Shown here: in pieces, positions 1 to 11,875 of the stretch
Layout: every line of letters begins with the position of its first letter
Position numbering within the stretch: the first letter of the stretch is position 1
From: Amphiscolops sp. MND2022
Taxonomy: Eukaryota
Reading direction: 5' to 3'
Length of the DNA stretch: 64,000 nt
Assembly (NCBI GenBank): GCA_964187785.1
Contig: OZ076409.1
Location: forward strand, 9,054,001 to 9,118,000
Translations under genes and position numbers: made by a program
Notes under the pieces: generated by a model
Told to the model about the DNA's origin: nothing
What the model saw: the letters and a program-made list of their open reading frames with translations, nothing else
Databases searched by the model: none

Positions 1-1029
1 CCTGCCAGTATGTCTCCGTATTGAATGATTCTTTGGGATAGCAAATGCATGGATGTTTCCACTACATATAGAAGAAACATGAAAAACAATACTGGAATAG
101 TTGATTGGAGTTTCACAGAATAGAAACAAATTGTGTAATATTTACTGATAGCAGAGATGCTCATTGTCACTGAAGTTCCAGCGGATGCCTAGATTTTTGT
201 AGTTGATCTGGACGGACACGGTGATTCTTTTTCTTGTCCAATGAAGAATAGCTGTAAAAACACCATCGTACCAAAATGCAGATAATCATCGCGGTCAATA
301 TTTATAACGCAATCGTAAAATGCAGTCAGATTCTTTGCGGACATTTCATTGCCGGACCTTTTAGTCCGACAAAAGCAGACATTTCACTCCAAGACTTCAA
401 GTGCCAAAAATGATATCGATTCCGCCCTATTTGTTAAAATGCAATACCATTATCCCGGCTATTAACCCTATTATTGAAAGAATCATTTGACACCTTATAC
501 CTTGGAAAAAAATTTCGTATATGGAATGGTATGAACTGAAATTTCTGCAGGTATAAATTTTTTGGGATTGAAAGGGTTGTTGTTGGGACTGGATTGTCTG
601 GGTGCGAATCGAATTCGAGAATACATTATGAGTAAAACTACCCTAATTATGGAAAACTCAAACCTGTCGAGATTCTTGGACGGAAACCGTTTCTTGGAAG
701 AAATCATCTGGAAAGACAACGATCGAAAACAAAAAAACCTCAGCCTAATCATAATCATGACAAAATGTAAAGAAAGTTACTTCCGAGAAATACGATAAAC
801 TGAACAAAACTTATCGTCCTAAAGACCCATTGACACCCGATTTTTATAACATTATAAAAGTGTTATTAGAATTTATAACATTAGAACAGTGTAATTGAGA
901 TTCATGCAAGTTTTAAAAAAAAGTAGTAGACAGGACGAAAAATTCCAGAGGTGATAAACGCTATTTAAATCGATAGTTGCTCCAACATGTTTTTTCCATA
1001 TTCAGGAAAGTTGATTTCGGCTTTCATTT

Positions 1030-3098
1030 TTATGAGATAGAAGTTTCTAATTTTGATTTTGGCAGTAGCAAAAAGACACCTTTTTTGAGCATATTGTTTG
1101 GCACGGTGTTCCACAGGGGTACAGTTTTCTTGAAAAATCTGTTTCTCAGAAAATCAGATCTACAAAGGATTTTGAAGTTAAGAGTCTCGGTTCTGGATTG
1201 TTTTTGTATTTTGACAGTGTCTAGTTGTGAGTCTCGGAACACCGGGATTATACTGTTTGTCCATTTCCTAATGTATGATATTGATTTGTTTTTGAGAAAG
1301 TATCGGATCGGTAGGATGTTATGTTTGATCTTAAGATCGGATGATCGATCGTACTTTGTTCGATTGAAAGACGCTTTTATTCCCTAATTCAGTTGTTTTT
1401 CTAAAGTCGTATTGAGATTTTTGAGTTAACCCATTCAAAAAAAGTGCCGGGTAGTGGAGATGACTGTTACGAGGGCAATCAATAGCAGTCAAGAATTTTT
1501 TCAGGAAGATGGTCTCTGATGTAATAGAGAGTTTTGATTCCGCATGCCATTTTCCGGAGTATATGCTTAACTTCTTCGTAGAATGTTAGGTTTTGGTCCA
1601 GTTAGACACCTAAATATTTGATAGTGCTACTTGAGTGATTGATTTCAACTTTAACAACAAAGTTGGCGTTTTTGTATTTATTGTTTTAGTTTGTGGTTTG
1701 GAAGGTGATAAAGTTCGTTTTGTCTGCGTTCAATATCAGTTGATATTTTCCAAAAATTGATAGAGATTGTTAACTCAAGTGAACAAACTGCTGATTCAAT
1801 TTTTTACTTGAGGTAAAGACCACGGTATTATCCGCATATTGCACAATGATGCATTTGTGATCAATGCAAGTATACAAACTGTTCGCGTATGTGTTGAATA
1901 GAAGAGGTCTAAAACTGTACCCTGCGGAACACCTTGATATTTGGTCCAATCAGAGTTGCAACTAGGAAGTTTCTATTTTGAATTCTGTATCTGAGGAAAC
2001 TATTTATCATTGATACTGCAATACTGTCGAAACTTGGTGTTTTCAATATTTCGAGAAAGATGTCGTCTGAAATTGAATCAAAAGCCCTCGAAAGATCTGG
2101 GAACGCAGCGCAAACACCTTTTTTGTCGTGAGCCTTCTGTCATATGTTTTCTGTGGCATTTAAGAGTGCGTCGGTAGTTGAGAATTTGCTGCGGAAGCCA
2201 AAATGTGTACTGGTCAACAATTGATGCTGCTAGAGACATTCAGATTCATGTTCATGTGGAACTTTTTTGAACAATTTGGCCAATGCAAGAGTGATAGAGA
2301 TAGGCCTGTAGGTAATGGGTTTTCGCGGTCAATTTTTTTGAAAATAGGGATTACAAATGCTGATTTCAGGTGATTCGGGAACTTCGATTCTTCAATGAAT
2401 CCATTATTTAAAAGACATAGTGGTTCAGCAATGCTATTTGGGCAGTCTTTCAAGGCCCATGCGGGTTTGTTGGATGGCCCTATGTGTTTGTTTTTGTTTA
2501 CCTAAGTAGTCAGATAGTTGACTAGTTTTGAATGATGTCACCGGAGGAGTTCCGTAAACTGTTGATTTCGGTCTTTGTCTTCCTACAATTCTGGGCGTCA
2601 TTTATAAAATTCCACTTGTCTTTATGACTTTCAAGGTTGTTGAAAATTTTTATCTGGTCCGGAAATCCATTTGCTTTGATATTATCTAGAATTTGATTAT
2701 GTACTTTTTGATAGTTTACGTCATTGGGATCCATGATCAGTGTTTTCTCAAAGCATTTTCAAAAAAATCAGTGAATGCTGAAAACATTCCTTCAGCGCAA
2801 TTTTGATTATAGAAGTTACTCCATTCCGGATCGAAGAGATGGTTTCTCTGAGTTTCAGGCCGGTAGTTCCGTATATCGAAGATTTCTTTCATCCTCACAC
2901 GTGCTTAAGGTTTCCTTTTAATGTTCGTAATTGCCAGAGTATCGAGATAGTCTACGAATGATTCTGGAGTAGATCCTATTCGCGTTGGCTCTGTTGTGTT
3001 AAAAGTATGAAAGCCGTACGGAATTGTTATCATTTCTAGGCACTGACGTTGTTAATGGTTAAAAATTTAATGTTGAAGTCACCCATGAGAGTGATTGG
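1030..3098 (-). mobile_element. Degenerate non-LTR retrotransposon (CR1/L2/Jockey-group LINE) ORF2: APE endonuclease C-terminus plus reverse transcriptase
   Basis: Minus-strand motifs in the expected order: LMGDFNI (~3070-3095), TTEPTRIG...VDYL (~2945-3000), LKSAFVIPIFKK (~2335-2372), HFGFRSKFSTTDALL (~2160-2205), DLSRAFDS (~2075-2098), QGVPQGT (~1916-1937), QYADNT (~1823-1841) and the terminal FFKKTVPLWNTVP. Many frameshifts and stops. Confidence 0.9.
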
Positions 3099-3298
3099 NN
3101 NNNNNNNNNNNNNNNNNNNNNNNNNNNNNNNNNNNNNNNNNNNNNNNNNNNNNNNNNNNNNNNNNNNNNNNNNNNNNNNNNNNNNNNNNNNNNNNNNNNN
3201 NNNNNNNNNNNNNNNNNNNNNNNNNNNNNNNNNNNNNNNNNNNNNNNNNNNNNNNNNNNNNNNNNNNNNNNNNNNNNNNNNNNNNNNNNNNNNNNNNN
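3099..3298. other. Assembly gap (200 N)
   Basis: Run of N bases. Confidence 1.
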
Positions 3299-3949
3299 GA
3301 TGATCTGGGGCACTTTGTTACTCTATTGAATCCTCAGAAGTTACTCATGTGATTATAGCTCTGTTGATTGTTTATATATCTAAAAGGTTTCTGCCTAAAA
3401 TTTTGATTGATTCTTTCAGCATACCTTTTGATTTCGTCTCCAGTGGCTTTGTTGTCCAGTAAAGCTCAGATTTCCATCGTTAGAGAGTAGTAGGAATGAA
3501 AATAGAGTGTGTTCAGGAACGTTAGGCCGAGTCTCATGAAAATTTTAGCTACGGTAAAAGTATTGCATATTCTGTTTGGAGGTCAACTCTATTGTATTAA
3601 TTTCGGTCGTTGTGAAAAGATTTCGGTCGTTGTGAATGATGTCGGTCGTAGTGGTACCATGGTAAGGGCTTGGCTTGATCATGATCAAATTATGGCAATT
3701 TTATTTGGGTAAACACGGGTTGTATCATTGACCACTTATATCCTAAGAGCCGAATAGTCTTTTTAATCGGCAGTGGTTTATACTTTGCTTCTTTGCAAGA
3801 TTTTCAAGAAGCATATACCTATTTCAAAAAAAGCGAGGCTATAGCAGCTGTAAGTCGTGTATGTCGCAAAAAAATTCAAGCAAAACGAGCTCATACAAGA
3901 TTTGTTCAAAAAGTGGTGTTCTGACATGCTTCTTGTAATAAAATATGTT

Positions 3950-4161
3950 TATAGTCGGTGCTATATCTAGAACTTAAAAAGTCAAAGTTATTGAAATTGT
4001 AAAAGGGGAGACCATTTGGGCACTTTGAAATTTCTGTTTGCTGCAAAATATCAAACACTTGAAGGGGGACCCATTGGAGAGAAAAACAAATTTCGAAAAA
4101 AAGTCGCTCGATGCCGAAAAAAAATTAAAAGAACCTATTGTCTCTATATTTTGTATCTTAC
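3950..4161 (-). repeat. Left part of a HINE/DINE-1-like repeat split by the Gypsy insertion
   Basis: agtcggtgctatatctag and ggggacc motifs are shared with copies at 35051, 44604 and 49995-51610. It ends ttgtatcttac, as in the intact copy at 44821-44834. Confidence 0.7.
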
Positions 4162-5890
4162 TGTCGCAGGCTTCCGCCTGTGGCGGTACCCGAATAACAA
4201 CAACGACTACTGGACAGGAATTAGTACCAGCTACTTTGCTCATATATTGAAAACTAGAATCAAAACAAATTACTTTCCACCTAAACTATTGTATTTAGTA
4301 TGTTCTGTACACTATTATTGTTTTTAGTATTAGTCTGTTAATGCTCACATTTGGAAAGGCGAATCAAGATGCTTAATACGATAGAATTTGCAGTGCAATA
4401 GAATAATCAATGCAGTTGATAAAAGCGTGCAATTATACAGCTAAACGGAAACGAGTTCAAGTGAACGAAACTTCTATTCCGGAGACGTCACTTGAGCTCG
4501 TTATATCAGCCAATCAGATCCTTCCATTTACCGTGCAGTGTACATTTTCAATTCAATTGACCGGATATGGCAGTTTGACAGTATGATGTGTTTACTATTC
4601 GGGACAATAGACAAATGGCTGGTTCAGGGCGCTTCTCTAATTATTATTTGAAATAATCTGGAGTACTAAAATTTTTTTATGATTTACAGTCATGTAGTAC
4701 CATATTCATACTAGGATGCCTTAACAAGCCTCGTGAGCCTGACTGAAGTGGCCGACAATCATTAGTAGTAATTTTAACTACCGGTCCCTCTGCCTAGTCC
4801 GGCCACCCCTATTAATCGATTTCCTAGTCAAATGGCCGTACAGGGCTATGATTTTGTGTTATTCAAATTTTGCATGAAATCGTGCTGTTGATTTGGTACT
4901 AGATGATATTGTTTGCACACGCAGGCACGTGCCGTAAAATACCTTGGATTGTTTGTCATAAACAGCACTTTGAAATGTCAGCTCCGACGATCAGTCAAAC
5001 CCTATTTGTTTATTGTGAGGCCAATTTCCTCCGCTTCCTTTTGAAGCACATATTTGAATTTGGTGATATGCATTTAATCTGTTCAAACGCACTCCGTAAT
5101 GTATGTGGTTTCAAAATGATGCAGTTCCGTGTTTGGTATGTCCCCTGATTTATTTAAGTATGTAAAAAATGTGAATGGAACTCTCTCAGGGGTATATATA
5201 CTAGCACTTCACCTGCGAGAGACACAAATTGACTATTGCCACTATCATTCACACGCTTTGAAAGTATACAAATCTGATTTACTAATAAAATATTACAATC
5301 AGGATTTTCTTAATGCCTACAACAAGGAAGCAGAAGAAAACTAAAAAATCAAGAGAGGCAGAAATGCTTTCAGACATTGAAATTCTAGACATAATGCTTG
5401 GTGTGAATCATTTGGAGAGAGGAAAGTGAAATTAGTAATTTCGGCAGAAGGCCGGATAGTCCTAGTTACGATACGTTGATGAATCAAAATGGTAATTCTC
5501 ACTCTAATTCCCATGAAACTGAAATAAGGACGTATGCCCGAAACGGACATAATTCAGAAAGAACAGATTCAGGCAGTGAACTTAATTGAATATCAGGAGA
5601 ACTTAATCAGAGGATCACTAGGGAGTTGAGTGACTTCATGAGTTCTGTCAGTTCTCAAATACAAGGAGCCATAAATGAGGCCATTAGCGACTAGATGTTG
5701 CCTCAAAAACAAGCAACTTTGGGAGCCGGACAGGACCAAATGCCCGAAAGAAGGTGGGAAGCTCCGGTTAGGAGACATGTGGACAGTTCCGAAGAGTGCT
5801 TAAGCAAACTTAGGAGCAGTTCTCGAGATGACTGTCTAGGAGTCCCAAACAGGAACGAGGTCTAAGATAGTAGATCAGACAGCCATGACA
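4162..5890 (+). repeat. 5' LTR (~1.73 kb)
   Basis: Colinear with 17621-19317 along its whole length, from tgtcgcaggcttccgcctgtggcggtacccgaataac to tagatcagacagccatgaca. Confidence 0.95.
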
Positions 5891-7050
5891 TGGTGACAGG
5901 AGACAACGAATATCCGAAAACAGACCCAGAAATGCTAACTGGACGAATCTCATCACGGATAACACTTAACAAACAAACTCGTGATCAGCATGACCTCTTT
6001 AATACAACCCTGCCTGCAACAAGACAACCCCCCCAGTGGCCGTACAAGACCCAATTACAAGACTGGCAGACGTTTTGACAAATATCCAGAATCATCCAAC
6101 AGCACAACAACAACTCACAATCCGCCCAGTCAACTTCAACACGATAACTCGCGACGGAAAAGTGAGAAATTCGAGCTGTTGGAGGATTTATTCCACTCAA
6201 TGATCAAGATGCAGCCAGAAATGTCTAAGCAGATGAAAGTTAATCACTTCCACTCACTTCTTAGGAAGGGAGGGCTACTCTTAGGAAGGGAGAGCTACAA
6301 ACATTCAGAAACACCAGCACGGCCTATAGACAAGCTCTTGAAGATGTATTAGTCATTTTCAGACGCAAATATGTCAAACCTGAGTCACACACGACTGCCA
6401 AACATGAATGGGACTGCTTGGTCTCTGACCCTAACACGTTGCAGCTACCGGAATTCCTTGAAGAACTGAATCATGGGGCAGAAAAAAACGTTTGGGGACC
6501 ACGCTCAGAAAAAGATTGACAGTCGGCTATACGCGACACTGCCGCCAAAATTGAAACGATCAGTGAATTTGACCAGATTGGGAAATGACTCATACGATGA
6601 AATAGTTGCTCATTTGGAAAAAGAACTTGAGCTTAACGCCCTTGAGGAGTCAGATGACCTACCTATAGCAACGATGACATTCTCAACATCTAAGCCTAAA
6701 ACTCTTCTCTCCATTGGGCAACCGACTGACATCGTCTGAAACTACTGCAAGGAAAAGAGCCATATGGTCAAAGACTGTGAGAAACTGAAAAAGAAGAAAA
6801 AGATGCCCGAGGCAAACCGACTCAGAAGAAAATCTACCCTGAGTGTGGAACCTGGTGCAAGAAAAATTACACTGAAGAACGACGTTGGCAAGGCGCCGGT
6901 GCGCATCTCAAGCCTAAACCAACTAGGCCTGAAGATTCTTCGGATAAAAATCAAGACTCGAAAATGCAAAAACAGCAATATAACTCAACATCGTCTAGTT
7001 CCCAGTTCACATCAAAGAAGGACGATTCAAAACACTAGCTTCGCCACGAC
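5313..7050 (+). pseudogene. gag: gag (frameshifted), starting inside the 5' LTR
   Basis: ATG at 5313 gives MPTTRKQKKTKKSREAEMLSD. Capsid-like segments KFELLEDLFHSMIKMQPEMS and LYATLPPKLKRSVN follow. The zinc knuckle (C)NYCKEKSHMVKDC at ~6737-6778 has its first Cys mutated to TGA, and a second degenerate knuckle follows. Confidence 0.8.
5891..5902 (+). promoter_or_regulatory. Primer-binding site, tRNA-Leu-like
   Basis: TGGTGACAGGAG immediately follows the LTR CA. It differs at one base from TGGTGTCAGGAG, the complement of the metazoan tRNA-Leu(CAG) 3' end. Confidence 0.7.
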
Positions 7051-7599
7051 TCCAATACAACCAACTAGTGTCAGTTCGACAGTACATCAGGTCGGACCCT
7101 CCAACTAAAACTTTCCATAATTATCAACAACAATTGATGGGCTATCCTTCTGTCGTCTGGCAGCAGCAGATGGAAAAAGCTACCATTACTACTTATAACA
7201 TCACCCATTTATACCACAAACCAATAACTGTTTGAGATCCTGACCATACAACAACCTTCACTACCCCATTAAGTCCCATTACCCTAATCGAAGATTACAA
7301 TCCAACGTACATTGACCCAGATTACCGCAGAGATCCTTACTGGGATACCGATATCTACCATCAAGATTTGTTACAATTCCAATAAGTCCTAGATGACATC
7401 GAACACTACCAAAGAACAGTCCACGAGAACCCTCCAAAAACGCACAACAAGAAAACCAGAGCATTTATTGACAATTGGCAACTGCACGATGGTACCAACC
7501 ATCCAGTGTTCCCACCCAAACCCCCTGAGAACCAAGAACCCCGAAATCACAACTGAAACAATTCCACATTACCTGTTGGGTGAGAAACAATTTCAAAAT

Positions 7600-10500
7600 G
7601 TCTTTATTACCTAAGTTGGTGAACCTCAAGTGCAAAAAAACGCATGCTGTATTTCCCTTTGGACTTTGGGGAGCTGACCATAGGTGGCCTAATCGACACT
7701 GGGGCAGTATCCAGTGCAAACCTTTAAATGGACTTCCGGAAAATTCAACTTCCCCCTCCACAATTAGGTATCCGGGAAGGTCCGCCTTCCAATTTCCAAA
7801 TATTGGTCGCAAACGGACAATTAGAAACTCCCAAGAGTACGATCGGGCTGAAACTTGAGGTTGGTGATATACAATTCCACGAAATCTTCATAGTAATGGA
7901 GAAGATGACGGGGCCCATCATCGAACTAATGTTCCTTCGGAGAAACCACACCGTTCTGGACATGAGACAAGGCATTTGGAATTTTCCATCCTTTTCAATG
8001 CAGCTCAGAACAGCTGACCACCGATATTCCAACGTCATGGAGCCAATTCTCAATCCGTCAGAAAATACCATTCCAGCAAATGAGTCTTAATCAGGACGAA
8101 CTCCATACTATACCCTGAGAAAGCTGTCATAGAAATACTTCAACCAGCTACCTTCTTCACGAAGAAGGAGTTGTTACATTCTGCCCAGCACTGATCACAT
8201 TGACTGAAGGAAATATCCAAATACCAGTGAATAACTTCATGGATCACCCCTACAAACTTAAGAAGGGACTGCATATTGCCAATTTTCCAGTCAAGAAACC
8301 GGAACAGATGAAAAGTCAAACCGGTCGATCCAGTGTCAACCTGGCACTTGTTACAAAATGAGCCATTTTCCAAGTATGCTAGCCCAATATTTGCACAGAA
8401 GAAGCCAAATGGGTAACTCCGACTCCTGTTTGACTTGGGAAAAATCAACAACCTAATTTCGGATGATTAGATAAATGATAATCATCCTGTCAGTGCCCTA
8501 ATTGATTCTGCCCTACATATGACAGGCAAAAAAGCTCTTTTGCATATCGGATTGTTCACAGGCATATCATTGCCTACAGATGGCTGACGAACGATCAATT
8601 GAGATTTTGGTCTTTAATTTCGCTACCCGCACATTTGCTTACAGACGTTTGGCACAAGGCCTTAGCCGGGCGCTGTCCGCATTCTCCAGCTTTATGAGAG
8701 AATACCTCGACAAAGTAATTAAAGCGGGTCAGTGTGCGCAGTATGTGGACGACATCTGCATGACAGCCAATGATGGTGATCATCTCATTGCTAACCTAAG
8801 AGCAACCTTCAAATGCATTCAGGAGGCAGGCCTTAAACAAACAATGCACAAAAGATGCACAAATGAACCATCGCCCCACAAGGCGTTAAACCCCAGAAAC
8901 AGAACGTAAAGAACTTTCTTGAAAAAACCAAATTCCAAAAGTCGAAAAAGGCTTTGCAACGCTATTTGGGATTCTTGAATTACTACAGAAACTGTCCCAA
9001 GACTGTCCGAACACCTTGCCTCACTCTACAAAAAGCTGAAAAGTGACAAAAAGGTCCTGGTATCGACTAAATTGGTTCAGCAATTTGAGGAAACCAACAA
9101 AGCACTCGACAAATGTCACGAGACAGATGCAAGCCTCGGTGCTACTGGATACGCAGTCCTCATACAAAATGACCCTAATCAGAAGTTTACCTCACTACGA
9201 GAGTCATACGCATCGGTCTTTTATGGTTCAAAAACTTTTACCTCAGCCCAGATAAAAATTTCCATTTACGCAAAAGAATTTCTAGCGATTTATTTCGGGG
9301 TGCGCCTACACCGGTCATTATCCTAACCAACAAAAAAGCCGTGACACAATTTCTCCAAACAAAAATTGTACCCCCCGCCTTGTGGAATGCATGTAACCAC
9401 GTCAAACAATTTAATTTTGTCATAACACACATTCCAGGAGCGCAAAACACGGCAGAGGCTTACTTATCCCGCTTAGAAATTGATCCAAAGGACAAATTAG
9501 TCATGAAAATCCGAGAGGACGTGCAAACTTTGCCTATAGAAACCAATGTTCATTCTGGAGGAATGTCGCAAGAAGAACAAATCGCCTATACCAACGATGA
9601 CGACGAAATTGAAGAACAATACTGGGCGAGGAAAGAAGCTATTCGACGAAATCCCGCCACAGCAGAAACAAAAATAACCATACAGGCAGTTTCTACAAAT
9701 TTGGTCAGACAACAATCCGAGATACAGGTCCGACTACGGAAGACGAACCAGATAACCATCGAGCAATCCGAAGATGCAGTATCACAGCAATTGAAGCCAA
9801 AACTTTTTTATGAGGAATATTCAAAAAACGTACTGCAACAGGATGCCCGATATAGACATTATGTTATCAATTTGGAACGCATTGTAGTCAAGGACGATAT
9901 TCTGACAAGTCAATACTTCGATGAAACAGGGAAGGTGAAATGCCATCAGATCGTTCTCGCGCAACACCTACATCAAGAACTGCTTCAGTTCCTTCATGGG
10001 AGAGCACACAAGCACCCTGGCATATCAAAGATATTACAGTAGATCAGACAGAGGTATTACTCTCAGCATGGCAAAACATGTTAAAAAGTGGGTAGAAGGA
10101 TGTGAACAATGCGCAAAGGACAAACGAGTCCCCAATGCAACAATCACGCCTAGACTACTCAACCTGCCGGAATGGGACCTTGGACCCGAAGCGAAGACGC
10201 CATGCAGATCGACTTATTGCCGAATCTTCCCCCAAGCGGAGGATATGAAAATGTCTTCATAGCGATCGATGTCTTTACGCGATACTTATTTGCTTATCCT
10301 CTTACGGATTCTTCAGCAATCAACGCAGCGATAGTCGTAATTGACATCATGAATAAACATGCGTATCTGCCAACGACACCTAATACCGACAAAGGAACTG
10401 CCTTTACTTCAACGAATATTGCGGAGATTACACAGATTTTGAGAATCTAACCCAACTTTGCAATGACTAAGCACCCTCAAACAATCGGGAAATTAGAGCG

Positions 10501-11635
10501 ATCACATGCTTCACTCAAGACAAATCTCAAGATGGCATGTGGGGAATATTGCCAACAATGGCATAAAAATTTGCCGCTCACAGTTCTCAATAATAACACA
10601 AGCTACCACGCCCGTATCGATTGTGAACAAACAAGGGTATTCCATGGAAGATATCCATACAATATTTTGGATCACAAGCTTGGAAATAATCCAAACTAGC
10701 AGATCACCCCTACAACCGAATTTGCGGAAGAAATCCAAAATCGGACAAAACTCCTAATTGACAAAACGAAGCAAAGTATCATGCAATCCTACATTAAATA
10801 CAAGGAGTAATATGACCGAACGGCGAAAGCAGCTTCAATCAAACAGAATGAAAACTGTTTTGTATCGAGACCAAAAGCGGATCACCAAGGATCAACAATC
10901 CCATTCAGAGGTTGATGTTGGGTCGAACAATTTATAGTGCAAAAAGTGTTACCTAATGAAAACTATATAGTACGCTGGCTCAATACTAATAAAACTCAAA
11001 TATTGCACCGCATTCGCCTCAAAAACTTTGTTTCCAGTCAACCGCTTGAAGATAGTTTCCGAGAAGAGAGAACACAACCGGATGAAGAAATTATCATTCC
11101 GCAAGACGATCTTTATATATTATCGTGGGAAACAAACTTCAATGAACAGCTAGTTACGAAAGGCAACGAGTCTTTTCCGACTAGCTTGCCGAACGGCGAA
11201 CAGCCGGTTACGTCAAACGCCAATTCAAATGATGCAGATGACAATGTAGTTTAGTACATAATAGCGAACGATAGTCTCAATGACGTCAATGACGCCGCGC
11301 CAAAGCGGAATGAAAGATTGAATGATGACGTCAGCTTGAATAAAAAATTATATATTGAATCTGAAAAGAATGAAAACTCTGATTGGCCGAATCCGGCCAT
11401 TTACCCCAAAAAAATCTTTGCCGCAGTTGTCCGAAGAACAAGAAAACGATGCAACTTTTACAGAAGGAAATTCTTCTAATCAAAACAATGCACAAAACTC
11501 CAAAAAGGGGCTGATATTATCGTGCTCGAAATATCCCAAAATGAGGATAGAATTGAACGTCTGAGCCATAGAGGAAGGAAATAAAATCTGAAGCCCAATC
11601 CTAATCCAAATTACTCAGAACTCTTCAGATACTAG
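7600..11635 (+). pseudogene. pol: pol (protease, RT, RNase H, integrase), disrupted
   Basis: PR: GLIDTGA (~7686-7706). RT: SKYASPIFAQ, RRLAQGL, QYVDDI (~8739-8756). RH: ETDAS...SIYAKEFLAIYF. IN: HGRAHKHPG...CEQC, QIDLL, TDKGTAFTS, HPQTIGKLERSH. Tail NLKPNPNPNYSELFRY*. Roughly 450 nt of pre-RT sequence present in the relative at 38.7-39.1 kb is missing near 8360. Confidence 0.92.
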
Positions 11636-11875
11636 AAAAGACTCGAATTGCGCCCAGAAATGAGCGATATTTTCTTTTCTTTTCCTTTCTTTTTTCTCTT
11701 TTAGCCCCTCTGATGGACTATCTTTTGAATAAATATAGGTGCTTACTAATATCGATCCCTCTTAAAAAGATAAATACGGGGATCGGAAGATAACATCAAA
11801 GGAAACACAAATGAAAACAGAAAATCATCAGAGTCTACAACCTAAAGTACAGAAAGACATATGTACAATTAGTCT

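Noticed and set aside
1..251. Possible minus-strand host exons (251-146 and 61-1, with an 84-nt GT-AG intron)
   Set aside because: The splice signals are plausible, but the peptide is short, has no recognisable motif and is cut by the window edge.
548..798. 78-aa plus-strand ORF after a tttctgcag acceptor-like site
   Set aside because: No recognisable domain and no partner exons.
3049..3352. ORFs spanning poly-X
   Set aside because: Artefacts of the N gap.
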